Of a stretch of DNA of 64,000 nucleotides, positions 27,818-40,458 are shown piece by piece. Origin of the DNA: Octopus vulgaris (taxonomy: Eukaryota); contig OX597819.1 of NCBI GenBank assembly GCA_951406725.2, forward strand, positions 104,160,001 to 104,224,000, in the 5' to 3' direction. The notes under the pieces were generated by a model. That model was not told where the DNA came from. It ran no database searches and saw nothing but the letters and a program-made list of their open reading frames with translations. How positions within the stretch are numbered: the first letter of the stretch is position 1; each line of letters opens with the position of its first letter. The position numbers and the translations under genes were made by a program.

Positions 27818-29090
27818 TGTCATAGTTGCTCCAACACGGCAATTAGCAGTAATCATGCCAGATGTAGAAAAATCATGATTATTCCTCTGGAAATATTCCA
27901 AAATTAAATTAGATTTTATCAAAGAGAAGAAATTAAAGCTTGCTGTGATTACAAATTGACCCTGCTTCACCCATGCCTCCTACCCACACTACTCCACACC
28001 ACTCTGCCTATCACCCTCACATCACCTTCTATTCACCTCTCACCCACGACTCTCTTTCCTTCCTTCACACACCTCCCTCCTACTGTCAACAGCCCTCACA
28101 CACGCACACCTTATTACCATCACCTACATTGCCTCATCATCATCATCACCACCATCATCATCACCACTACCACCACCACCACCACCACCACCAGCATCAT
28201 CATCATCATCAGCATTACCACCACCATTGTCATCGTTATCATCACCACCATCATCATCCTCTTCATCAGCCGTCGTCATCGTCATCATCATCCCCATCAT
28301 CACTATGTACAGCATCAACAGTATCATCAACATAATAATCATCAACATCACCTTCACCCTCCTCCTTCTCTTCCTCCTCCTCTCCTCTTTGTGTTATGAT
28401 AAAAATGAATTTTACCAAACAAAGACATGTTTAAGAGACAAACAAAACCAACGGCGAAACAACTGCGTGCTCGCGCACTTGTCTGTGAAAATGAGAGTGT
28501 ATGCATATGTTTGGGAGTGTGTTATTGTGTATTTGTGTGTTCGCGTTTCTATGCATGCGTGTGGGGATTGGACTCCTTTCTTCAAGAATCCGTGTAATTA
28601 TCTTCCCCTTATCAACTTGAGATAGACAGACATCTTATGATATATTTCTCTTAGTGCATCACTGTGCCGCTTTTAGATCCGTTATTTTCGATACAATCTT
28701 GCACACCTACGACTTTTAAGTAATCTATACAGCATCCTAGAAACTAAAGTAGACACCGAGACAGCTCTCTCCCCCAATAACCAACTTGTAACTGTCAGAA
28801 TCTTTCCACTTGTCCACTCTTTCTCATAAGCAATTATCTATCAAGCATGCGAACACTTTTGATTGCTACTAATAGCGTCTTCATTTAGGTTAATGTTTAA
28901 GTAAAATGCCATACGCCTGTCCTACTATGTCTAAAGACTACAACATCAAAGATTTGAACATCTTCCAGCCAACTTGGGTTTAGAGCTTGTATACCCTGGG
29001 AATCATCACATGTACAATTCACCTTTGGTTTGTCTGATGAAACGAAAGTCGAAGCACCTGGCCATGTTATTGGAAAATAAGCATTCTCTT

Positions 29091-29127
<37 letters not shown>

Positions 29128-29129
29128 AC

Positions 29130-29212
<83 letters not shown>

Positions 29213-29773
29213 TATGGCTGCCCCCTCGTTATCGAGTATGGCCATTGCACAAAGCTTAACTGTTACTGGTGCTGTGATCGAATGTGACTTTTTAGCCCAG
29301 CTAAAGATCTACAATGTCTTGTACAAAATTGGCAACTAAAACCTTTACTGGTAATAGCCGGCTGTAACATACATACATATATACATACTTACGTTTATTT
29401 AGTGTTAGCTGTCAATAAATATCATAATAAAGATTAATAATATATTTTATTTCGTTCGACTCAGTCTCTTTCTCCTCTGTATATCACCTGTAGGCGCTCA
29501 AGATCTTCAGGCAACTTATGACCGTTATAACTTGCTTGAGGATCATGTATATCCGCAATGAAACTTAGAGTAACCAGAGACTGACTTGACCTAAACAACA
29601 CAAACACGCGCACACACACGCACGCCCGTACACACAAACACACACACACATACTCACACGCAGGGCACATATACATACGTACATATACATATATATACAT
29701 ATACATACACACACATATATTATATGAATATTAGGAGTGGCTGTGCGGTAAGTAGCTTGCTAACACACATGCG

Positions 29774-29813
29774 CAGTTAGTCAGTTGCTTCCTGTTCAGC
29801 CAGAGTGGACGCG
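29774..29813 (+). promoter_or_regulatory. Putative internal Pol II promoter (Inr + DPE-like)
   Basis: TTAGTC/TCAGTT initiator-like motifs followed by GAGTGGACGCG, with GGACG at 29807-29811. Confidence 0.45.
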
Positions 29814-30464
29814 AGTCAACCAGCTCCGTCCAATTAAAGAAAAAAGACCAAAAACGGAAAGTTGTCGAGGTAAGTGATTTTGTTTATTGTGAGTTGGGCA
29901 TAATTTATTGCGTGCCAATTATTATTTCAGTAAGTTGTGTCCAACTCTGAGACAATTTCGCCTGCTCTCGGCGGCTGCCGTTTTTGTGTTCATTGAAAAA
30001 AAAAGAAAAAACAGTGGAGGGGCGTATCCTCGGAATTCAATACAGTTACTGTTAAAATTACCGTTGACGATAGCCAGTGCTGTGTTTGGGTTTGTTGAAT
30101 TTATTCCCTTGTCAGAGTACTTCGCAAGAAAATTATAAAAATAAGCCACTATTGGATTACCTTTCGGACCCATTTTTGTGGAGGTTGTGTTGCAGTTGCG
30201 GCGTTCCAGGTTCAACCCAGGCCGGGAGTACCGCAAGGCCAGAATATTTTTGCTGTGTTTTTTCTGTTTATTAACTTTCTTTTGAACTTCATTTAACCCC
30301 CCCCCCTTTTGTTTTTTTTCTTTATTGCGACTTTCCGTTGATTTCTTCCCTTCTGTTGTGCTTTCTCCTTTTTGTTTTTTCAAAAATCTATCAAATTTTA
30401 TTTGGACTTTTGAACTTTTTTCTTCTTGCTTTTTGAGTTTAATTTGAATATATTTTTAAAAAAC

Positions 30465-31707
30465 ATGGCAATGAAAAATAACAAAATTTTGGAGTGGGAA
30501 ATCATACCACCTAAAAAGTGGTTAAAAGACCGTGAAGATAGGACGGTGGTGTTGAGAACCTACTCCAAGGCACTCGACACCATCGCCCTATTCGAAAAGA
30601 CGGCAATTGAAAAGGAGTTGGAAGAGTATTTGCCAACAATTAAATTCATTTCCAGGGGTGTCAAATATGCAACGGTGTGGTTGCTATTTGACACCCCTGA
30701 AGAGGCTTGCAAATTTGCTAGCAAACCCCTGGAGGGTAAGGAAATCTTATTCCTGCCAACGTACAAAAAAAAAGAAATTGATGAAAGCTTGCATTTGCGG
30801 GCTGCCACCCGACATAGAACCCGAGTGGATAGAGGAGACTATCCGCCGGGGTCTGGGTGGCAGCGAAACTAAGCTCCTTAATGTAAAAGTTCTTCCTGCG
30901 GCTGCTTGGGTTGGGTCAAAAGCAATTTTGACCCTGTGGACCCAATCAGCCAATCTGGTTCTTCCAGATTTTTTGAAAATGGCCGGGTGCAGGTACCCGG
31001 TGATGCTTGAGGGTCGCCCCCCTAAGTGTCATCGGTGCTTGGAGTCCGGCCACATAAAGAAGAACTGTCCTCGGGAACAAAATAGGATCCCGGAACAGTT
31101 AAGTAAAACCCCTCTAGAAGAAGGAACGATAACGGCCGAGAAAGCAGAGGACTCCTCAAACAGAGGCCGAAAGAGGAAGGTGAGCAACAATGGGTGCTCA
31201 CCAAAGGATAATAGGGATGAGGAGAGGAAGGCGAATCTTCCAGCCACGGAGGAGACGCACCCTCCCTCAGTTGAAAAGGGAAAAAATAAGAAAAAGAGGA
31301 AGAAAAATGGGACATTACCGGCTGTCAGTGTAGCACCGGAATGTCCCGGAACTACGTCGGTTGGGGTTGTGCCACCGACAAGAGAAGGAATACCGTTGGC
31401 GGGAACTGTGCCGCCAACGAAAGAACTGAACGTATTGGTCCTCTTCTATAGAGGAGGAGAAATTGAAAAAAAAATTATGGAACAGCACCACAAGGGAGCA
31501 CCTTTAGCCTTCACACAGGACCCCGAATGGCCTCCGCAGATAGCTGTGGAGGCCGTGGCGTTCGACGTAACGCTTGGGCTAAAGGAGCTCAATGAAGATT
31601 ATAGCTTGGTCCCGGGCGACGCGAACTCGGAACTTGATTACGTTCTGAGGGAGGCGTGGTTGATGGTGGAGGGCGCGGGCACAAGCTATTTCGAGGACGA
31701 TATGTAA
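30465..31707 (+). CDS. LINE ORF1/Gag-like nucleic-acid-binding protein with CCHC zinc knuckle (~413 aa after removing one A in the A9 run at 30765-30773)
   Basis: MAMKNNK...LFLPTYKKK joins KLMKACICGLPPDI...EGRPPKCHRCLESGHIKKNCP (CX2CX4HX4C); basic/disordered C-terminal half with RGRKRK and KKKRKK. Confidence 0.75.
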
Positions 31708-32224
31708 TTATTGAACTGTTAGTATTAATAATGGACTGCTAAGTCCAAAAATTGAAAAATTGTAAGAGGTTTAATACCTCGTTTTGTGTTATCTTTAAAA
31801 AGAACAATGTTTTAGAGAAGCGAAAGTCGGCGGGTGCTTTTTATCTTCTCCCATCCTTATCATCTGTCTTTCGTTATCATTCACTTCATTAATGTCCTCG
31901 TCCAGCCCGCAAAGCTAACTTAATCTGTGTACTGCCTTTATGGCAAATGTTTTGAAATAAAGTAGCTTGCTAACCAACCACATGGTTCCGGGTTCAGTCC
32001 CACTGCGTGGCATCTTGGGCAAGTGTCTTCTGCTATAGCCCCGGGCCGACCAATGCCTTGTGAGTGGATTTGGTAGACGGAAACTGAAAGAAGCCTGAAC
32101 TTGTTCGCATAAACTGTCCCGTTCGTTTTATTTTTATTTTCTCATATATTACCCTTTTTTTTATTCGCTAGACTCTGCACGCATATTTTTTTCTCTCCTT
32201 CTTTCTGTGTTTTTTCTCTGTGTA

Positions 32225-32262
32225 TCTTTCTGTTGAAGAGCGTAGGCTCGAAACGTTAAAGA
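32225..32262 (+). ncRNA. Minimal hammerhead-like motif, atypical core (copy 1)
   Basis: UCUUU-CUGUUGAA-GAGC GUAG GCUC-GAAA-CGUU-AAAGA. Confidence 0.5.
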
Positions 32263-32720
32263 CTTGTTTTATTTATATTTCCTGAGCGCCATACTAATAC
32301 AATTGTTTGTTTGTATTCCACCTGCCTTCGTCTTTTGTTTATTTCCGTAAATCTGCCTTCGTCTTTTGTCTATTTTCATAAAGCTTCCCGTTATATATTA
32401 CGCGCTCACGTGGTCTCACTTTCATCCTATTTCTACCAACACCACTATCAGCTCTTACCTCTACATTGGATTTTCTTTACCCCTTGGATACTTACCATTG
32501 GCTGCACCTCTCTTTCACGGATCAAAGTGACTTTGTTATTGATGTGAAATCCTTAAAAAATATACCACGACGTCTATACATTTCTAACCTTGAACTTGTT
32601 CGCATAAACTGTCCCGTTCGTTTTATTTTTATTTTCTCATATATTACCCTTTTTTTTTATTCGCTAGCCTCTGCACGCATATTTTTTTCTCTCCTTCTTT
32701 CTGTGTTTTTTCTCTGTGTA

Positions 32721-32758
32721 TCTTTCTGTTGAAGAGCGTAGGCTCGAAACGTTAAAGA
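32721..32758 (+). ncRNA. Minimal hammerhead-like motif, atypical core (copy 2)
   Basis: Identical to 32225-32262. Confidence 0.5.
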
Positions 32759-32886
32759 CTTGTTTTATTTATATTTCCTGAGCGCCATACTAATGCAATT
32801 GTTTGTTTGTATTCCACCTGCCTTCGTCTTTTGTTTATTTCCGTAAACCTGCCTTCGTCTTTTGTCTATTTTCATAAAGCTTCCCG

Positions 32887-32944
<58 letters not shown>

Positions 32945-33833
32945 GTGTGTGTTTGTGTGTCTGTGTTTGTCCCCCTAGCATTGCTTGACAACCGATGCTA
33001 GTGTGTTTACGTCCCCGTCACTTAGCGGTTCGGCAAAAGAGACCGAAAGAATAAGTCCCGGGGTCGATTTACTCGACTAAAGGCGGTGCTCCAGCATGGC
33101 CGCAGTCAAATGACTGGAACAAGTAAAAGAGTAAAAGAGAGTATGTGGATGTATGCTCTATATGTATTATTAGTCTTGTCTGCCTGTAAGTTGAATACCC
33201 GGAGGTAAGTATTGAAGTCGTAAGACGGATGGATGGGTAGAACTGATGGTTGTCGTGATTGAACTTCTGACGTCCTCAACCACGTCTCCTCCACACCGCT
33301 CCAAATTTCTATAAACTTCATACTTATACATCTCTCTCCCCTCGAACACCAAACCTTTCAAAATATCCATGCCTCCCAAATTATCTACATTACTATCAAC
33401 CACTATTTTACGTCTCCTTAACGTCATTTCCATCATCCTGTAATTACTAACCCCACCACCACCACCGCCACCAAACGACCATCACTGCCACCGCCACCAC
33501 CATCACCGTCACCACCACCATCACTGACACCACCACCAACAACAACAATATTAACCTCACCACATCACGTTTCGCCACCATCAGTAATATTAACCATACT
33601 TTAAAATTACCACCATCAGCAACGCAAACATTATCACATTACACTCCACCACCATCACCTCCATGTCAGCCCCATCTCGCCGACACGACGACCACCACCA
33701 CCACCACCATCACTACCATCACCACGACAGTCCTACTAGTATTCACAACGCCATGCTGTATTACACTCCATCACCATCCCGATAGAGCATCACTTCCATA
33801 CTCACCACTAATATACAGCACGAGTACTATACG

Positions 33834-33872
<39 letters not shown>

Positions 33873-33933
33873 CTGGTGGTACAACTACGACTACTACGAT
33901 CACCAGCACCACTACTACCACCACCACATGAAA

Positions 33934-34147
33934 ATCCTCTCTATTATACAAACAAGGCCTGAAATTTTGGGGTGGGGGATAGCCGATATGACATCGACCT
34001 CAGTGTTTCACTGGTACTTAATTTATTGACCCCGAAAGGAGTGAAAGGCAAAGTTGACATCGGCGGTATTTGAACTCAGAACGTGTACACTAGATATACC
34101 GCTAAGTATTTCGTCCAGCCTACTAACGATTCTGCCAGCTCACCGCC
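33934..34147 (-). mobile_element. SINE family B monomer
   Basis: Reverse complement of family B head and tail. Confidence 0.8.
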
Positions 34148-34168
34148 TTGATGATGATGATGATGATG

Positions 34169-34235
<67 letters not shown>

Positions 34236-34272
34236 CAACAACAATAACGGTGCTGGAAGAATCATTAGCAAA

Positions 34273-35020
34273 GAGGCGAGCTGGAAGAATCGTTAGCACG
34301 CCGGGCGAAATGCTTAGCGGCATTTCGTCTGCCGCTACGTTCTGAGTTCAAATTCCGCCGAGGTTGACTTTGCCTTTTATCCTTTCGGGTCGATAAATTA
34401 AGTACCAGTTACGCACTGGGTCGATGTAATCGACTTAATCCGTTTGTCTGTCCTTGTTTGTCCTCTCTGTGTTTAGCCCCTTGTGAGTAGTAAAGAAATA
34501 GTTATTTCGTCTGCCGTTACGTCCTGTGTTCAAATTCCGCCGAGGTCGACTTTGCCTTTTATCCTTTCGGGGTCGATTAAATCAGTAGCAGTTACGCACT
34601 GGGGTCGATATAATCGACTTAATCCGTTCGTCAGTCCTCGTTTGTCCTCTCTGTGTTTAGCCCCTTGTGGGTAGTAAAGAAATAGGTATTTCGTCTGTCT
34701 TTATGTTCTTTTTTCAAATTCCGCCGAGGTCAACTTTGCCTTTCATCCTTACAAGGTCGATAAAGTAAGTACCAGTTACGCGCTGGGGTCGATGCAATCG
34801 ACTTAATCCGTTTGTCTGTCCTTGTTTGTCCCCTTTATGTTTAGCCCCTTGAGGGCAATAAAGAAAGAATCGTTAGCAAGGCAGCGAGCTAGCAGAATCG
34901 TTAGCAGGACGGCGAGCTGGCAGAATCGTTAGCACGCTGGGGGAAAAAAATGCTTAACGGCATTTCGTCTGTCTTTACGTTCTGAGTTCAAATGCTGCCG
35001 AGGTCAACTTTGCTTTTCAT
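34273..35020 (+). mobile_element. SINE family B multimer plus extra head fragments
   Basis: ~182-bp units starting at ~34320, ~34501, ~34685; reiterated GCAGAATCGTTAGCA heads at ~34865-34935. Confidence 0.85.
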
Positions 35021-35026
35021 CTTTGA

Positions 35027-35235
35027 TGTCCTGATGCAGTATTAGGCACTGGGCTATCATGGCTTTTGTCTTGATATAGAGAGTGGCTGCAGCAAATATC
35101 TTGCTTAATGCAACGGATTTGTTTCTCAGTTGTTTGACCTTAACCAGTTGAGCATGTCGTTTATTGGCTGACGATATGTGCATCTCTGATCACGAGCAGA
35201 AGTAGTGGGGGTACATCATAGCCATGTGTTGAGAG
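35027..35235 (+). mobile_element. Diverged 5' part of family C element
   Basis: TGTCCTGATGCAGTATTAGGCA...CATAGCCATGTGTTGAGAG. Confidence 0.75.
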
Positions 35236-35362
35236 CGAAGATTTTGACATTGGTAATTGGATGTTAAGTGTCGTCGAAAGAGACCCAGTGAGACATTTGA
35301 CAATAGGTTGTTTGTTCTTACAGAATTAATCGGAACAACCAAATTTGAGAAGTAAAATGGAA

Positions 35363-35414
<52 letters not shown>

Positions 35415-35870
35415 TAAAGTATTTGATAAGCTCAGAAAATATAAAGATTTGCTGATCGAAATCGGAAAGATGTGGCATCTCAAGACGGTTACTATATCAG
35501 TGATTGTAAGAACACTCGGAATGATAAAAAAAAAAAGGAACTGAACGCTATTTGAGAATGATCCCTGGCTTATCGTCCATATAAGAAGTGCAAAAGATTG
35601 TTCTAACTGGTACCTTACACGTATTGAGAAGAACATTGTCGCTGTGAATTTCCTTTCTTTTTCCCCTTTATTTTCTTTTGTTTACTTTTTTCAGTTTTTC
35701 TTTTTCTTTTTATTTCTGCCTTTCTTCCCATTTTTCTCTATCACATAACTTTGTGAATGAACAACCTGGTGTGTTTAATTTAATGACCTACCAATATATA
35801 CAGTGAGTTTATCTGCCCTAGGAAGACACTCGGCGAGAAATGGAAACAAAATTGAAAGAAGTTGATAACA
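35415..35870 (+). mobile_element. R4/Dong-type LINE 3' fragment
   Basis: KVFDKLRKYKDLLIEIGKMWHLKTVTISVIVRTLGMI (restriction-like endonuclease C-terminus); flanked by (AAT/AAC)n. Confidence 0.7.
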
Positions 35871-35975
35871 ACAACAATAACAACAACATCAACAGCAATA
35901 ATAATAATAATAATCATAATAATAATAATTATAATAATAATAAAAATTAAAATAATGATAATAATAATAATAATA

Positions 35976-36019
<44 letters not shown>

Positions 36020-36139
36020 TATTATTATTATCCCCAAGCATTCAGTCAAACTGTAACATCTCATATCCTTCACCCGCCACGGGTCGCTGGGTGTGTCTCG
36101 GCAAGTGATTGTAACAAAGAAGCAGATTAAAAGTTGAAA

Positions 36140-36421
<282 letters not shown>

Positions 36422-36976
36422 TGCCCTGATGCAATACCAGGCAGTGGCTCTCATGGCTTCTGATCTTAAGTGATTGGAAGTGTTATCATGTACATTGTTT
36501 TGTCTTGGTATAAAAGATGGGCTACAGCAAATATTCTGCTCAATACCACAGATTTGCTTGTCAGTTGTTTGACCATAACCAGTTGAGCATGTCCCTTAGT
36601 GGCTGACGATATGTGCATCTCTGATCACGAGCAGAAGTAGTGGGGGAGCATCATAGCCATGTGTTGAGAGGGATTCTTTGGGTTTTGAATAGTTCACCTC
36701 TGGAAACATTGGTGGTTCTTTCAACATCCTTAAACAACCCTTATTCAGGGACCGTTTGAGCGGAATGGGCTACTCAACCTGAAGAAAATTCTAACTGGGC
36801 CCCACCTGCAAGGTCATGTGCTGTTTATCTTGATATGAGATCACCATGTCGCACACATGTGGTTGTGATGCATGTGCCTGGTGTACCTTTATCAGACGGG
36901 TAGTCATGATGGGTATATTGGGCTTCGTATATTTTACCCCAGTGTCACTTTGATGGCATGAACTGCTCTCTCACTC
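36422..36976 (+). mobile_element. Family C element, full length
   Basis: TGCCCTGATGCA...CTCTCACTC with (AAT)n on both sides. Confidence 0.9.
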
Positions 36977-37050
<74 letters not shown>

Positions 37051-37052
<2 letters not shown>

Positions 37053-37420
37053 CCTTGATGCAGTACCAGGCAGTGACTCTCATGACTTTTGATCTTAACT
37101 TATTGGAAGTGTTATCATGTTCATTGCCTTTGTATAAAAGATGGGCTACAGCAAATATTCTGCTTAATACCACAGATTTACTTGTCAGTTATTTGACCGT
37201 AACCAGTTGAGCATGTCCCTGATGATATATGCATCTCTGATCACGAGCAGAAATAGTGGGGGAGCATCATAGACATGTGTTGCGAGGAATTATTCAGGGT
37301 CTGAATAGTTCATCTCTGGAAACATGGGTGTTTTGTTCATCATCCTTAAAACAAACCTTATTCAAAGACTTCTTGAGTAGGATGGGCTACTCGACCTGAA
37401 GAGAATTCTAACTGGGCCCC
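37051..37420 (+). mobile_element. Family C element, older and 3'-truncated
   Basis: Diverged tandem copy following (AAT)n. Confidence 0.85.
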
Positions 37421-37479
37421 ATATATATTTAAATGAAGTTGAGTTATATGAATACATACATATGAACATATATTAAGTG

Positions 37480-37900
37480 TGTATGTCATTGTTTAGTTTT
37501 ATTTCAAGATTTCTTGCCAATTGAGAAAGAGCCGGTTTCTAACCTAGATCCAAGGCACCTTCATTGGAATTTCAACATCAACAACAGGGTATTTTTGTAT
37601 GTTTGTATTTATTTATGTATGCATGCATGTATGTATGTGTGCAGATTTGTATATTTTGTTTTATGCACGTCTTCTCTTGCATATAGATGCATATCTAGAC
37701 AAGCTCATGTATATTTCAATGATAAAGGTCTGGAAAGTTTTACAGATTTTTACAGTTCCAGTGATGGATTAGATCTGTAGTCTTCAAGTTAGCTTTCTGG
37801 TTTTGAGAAGCCTAATTTCTCAAGATTGGTATTTAGGCAGTGTGTTACATATCCCAGGGCCCCAATAATTACAGGTATAAATCTGAACTTGTCATCTGGA
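37480..37900 (-). mobile_element. 3' end of a restriction-endonuclease-type (R4/Dong-like) LINE
   Basis: Minus strand YPDDKFRFIPVIIGALGYVTHCLNTNLEKLGF, similar to the PVIIGALG C-terminal motif. Confidence 0.6.
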
Positions 37901-37927
37901 TATGTATGTATTATGTACATACGTACG

Positions 37928-37961
<34 letters not shown>

Positions 37962-38912
37962 TGTATGTATGTATTTTAAAATGGCAGTGGTCGATTTGCT
38001 CTACTGAAACGGTCAAAGCGGTACCTCAGCATATCGCAGTCTAAATGACTGTACGAAAAGCGTAAAAGAGATCATAGACACAATCACATCAGAGAGAAAG
38101 AGAGAGAGAGAGGACTGCATGGTTAAAAATATATCACATGCCGTTGTATCTTTACAAACAATATCTTCCACTACAGACCGGAAGTCAGTTACAAGACGTT
38201 ATTGGTCATCCCGACATACCCCCACAGTATGATTGATGATTGATGACATAAAATTCTCGGTTTTCAAAACACCAGGAAATATATCTAATAGTTCGAAAAG
38301 TATACCAGTGAATAACTATGTACAAGGAATTAGTATGGTGAGTGATATTTCGTCTCAATATAGGTTGTTATAGTATGAAAATGTCTTCGGGGTGGTTCGT
38401 GGTCTAAGCTGGAATGTAGGAGTACTAATCTTTTAATCTTTATTCAAATTGACTGGCGTAGGCGGTTGATGTGTGGACACATATTGCAGGCGACATGATA
38501 GATGGAGTTAGGCGCTGGTTGATAAGTTTACATAAGAATACAAGATGATGTCTGGAAATAAGGGTAACTACGGGGTATTTTATCGGTGTTTTTTCATTAT
38601 AGAATATTTGCTGTTCTGTATAGAATGATGCTACATGTTTTTGGGTGCTGGTTAGTGTGTAAGCGATGGGCAGTGATGGGTGGATGTTTGCTGAGAATAA
38701 AATGCAAATGTGCTGCGTGTAAGGTAGAATTTATATATAAATGGGTGGAAAGAACAGACGGAATATGATCTGGTTCTGGAATATGTTGCAATCTGCTTTG
38801 AAATTTATGACGTTATTAAGTATTGCTCTCTGCGTATATTGTTACATGTATGTGTGACTCTCTCTCTATGTGTATTGTGTATGTGTACATATGTATCTAA
38901 TTATACACACAC

Positions 38913-38968
<56 letters not shown>

Positions 38969-39288
38969 GTGTATATGTATATATATTTGTTTGTGTGTAT
39001 ATATATATGCATAGACATATATGTATATATATATATATATATATATAATGTACATATTAGATACATATGCATGCACACACACATATATCTGTGTGCGTGT
39101 GTGTGTATGTGTGCATACATAACCGCGTGTCTATGTGTACATGTATAATTAAGTTACAACAGATACATAAGTATACGTGCGTGCGTGGTATAGGTCTGCG
39201 TATTTATGAACGAATGTATGTATAGCATGTGTGATAGAAATATGTGCGCGCGCGTATGTCCATATTCTGTGCGTATACAGAGATATAT

Positions 39289-39331
<43 letters not shown>

Positions 39332-39696
39332 AATACATACATATATGAGTGTATATATACATACATACATATATATATATATACACCTAACTATGTGTGT
39401 GTGTGTGTACATACACACACCTACATATTTGAATACATTCATGAATATGCAAGTAGTATGTGTACATGTATCGGTGTATAAGTACAAATGTACTCATTGT
39501 TTTCGTGAGTGTATATATAAATGTATACGTGTTTACATGCACACGTGATATTCATAATTGCCTTCGCATATATATCAAACTAATCTCTTAATAAATGCAT
39601 ATAATGCAGATGAATGTAGTTATGTAATGTATATATGTAATTTACACCTGCTTTCACATTAACGAGGTTCTGTCTGTCTATCTATCTATCTATCTA

Positions 39697-39783
<87 letters not shown>

Positions 39784-40388
39784 GCATGAAAGCTATATAT
39801 ATATATATGTATATATATATATGTATGCGTGTGTGTATATGTGTGTGCTTGAATGTATATATATATGTATACACACACATGCACACACGTACATATATAT
39901 ATGCACACACTTACGCAAAATATGGGTGTAGGTATGAATGTGCATGAGTACGTGTATTTGTAGGTATACATAAGCATATGCTTATGTGTATGCGAAAACC
40001 AGGATTGCAAAGTCAAGAAGTGTTGTGATGCTAACGACCTTTCTCAACGGCCATAATTCATCACAACTGTTAGCCATGTGTTTCAAACCGCCTCCATTAT
40101 TATACGTTTAGATTATAATCTATACGCTGACAGATATCTGACATATAACTGAGCATTGAAGACTTATTGTTACGCTTAGTAATAATAAAACCTAATAATA
40201 ATAATAAAACCCACTCACACCTGCTTTCTCGCATACCAACCTATATACGCATACACAAGCGTAAATGCACACAGGTACGCATCCACGCATACACCTTACA
40301 CTAGCTTTTATTCAACAAATTATCTTTTGAATAAATTATCTAAATAACTCTATGCCAAATCAGTCTATCATACACGCTCACATAGATA

Positions 40389-40458
<70 letters not shown>

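Larger units (their letters stand above)
29765..31959 (+). mobile_element. ORF1-only (half-LINE, HAL1-like) non-autonomous retroelement with 15-bp TSD
   Basis: TSD AAGTAGCTTGCTAAC at 29750-29764 and 31960-31974; ~700-nt 5' UTR, one Gag-like ORF, ~250-nt 3' UTR ending AATAA(A); no RT or endonuclease motifs. Confidence 0.85.
32096..32894 (+). mobile_element. Non-coding element with ~300-bp direct repeats (32096-32398 and 32591-32894), Penelope pLTR or retrozyme-like
   Basis: Near-identical repeats at 495-496-bp offset, each with a hammerhead-like motif; ends CCCGT(TA)n. Confidence 0.8.
29732..33140 (+). mobile_element. SINE family A copy split by two nested insertions (pieces 29732-29764, 31960-32095, ~32895-33140)
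   Basis: The pieces concatenate to match the intact copy at 58275-58681. Confidence 0.9.

Noticed and set aside
30465-31707. Host zinc-finger gene or retroviral gag
   Set aside because: Lies inside a TSD-flanked insertion within a SINE; no LTRs or pol; layout fits a LINE ORF1
32096-32894. LTR retrotransposon (TRIM) interpretation of the direct repeats
   Set aside because: No TG..CA ends, primer-binding site, polypurine tract or short TSD seen
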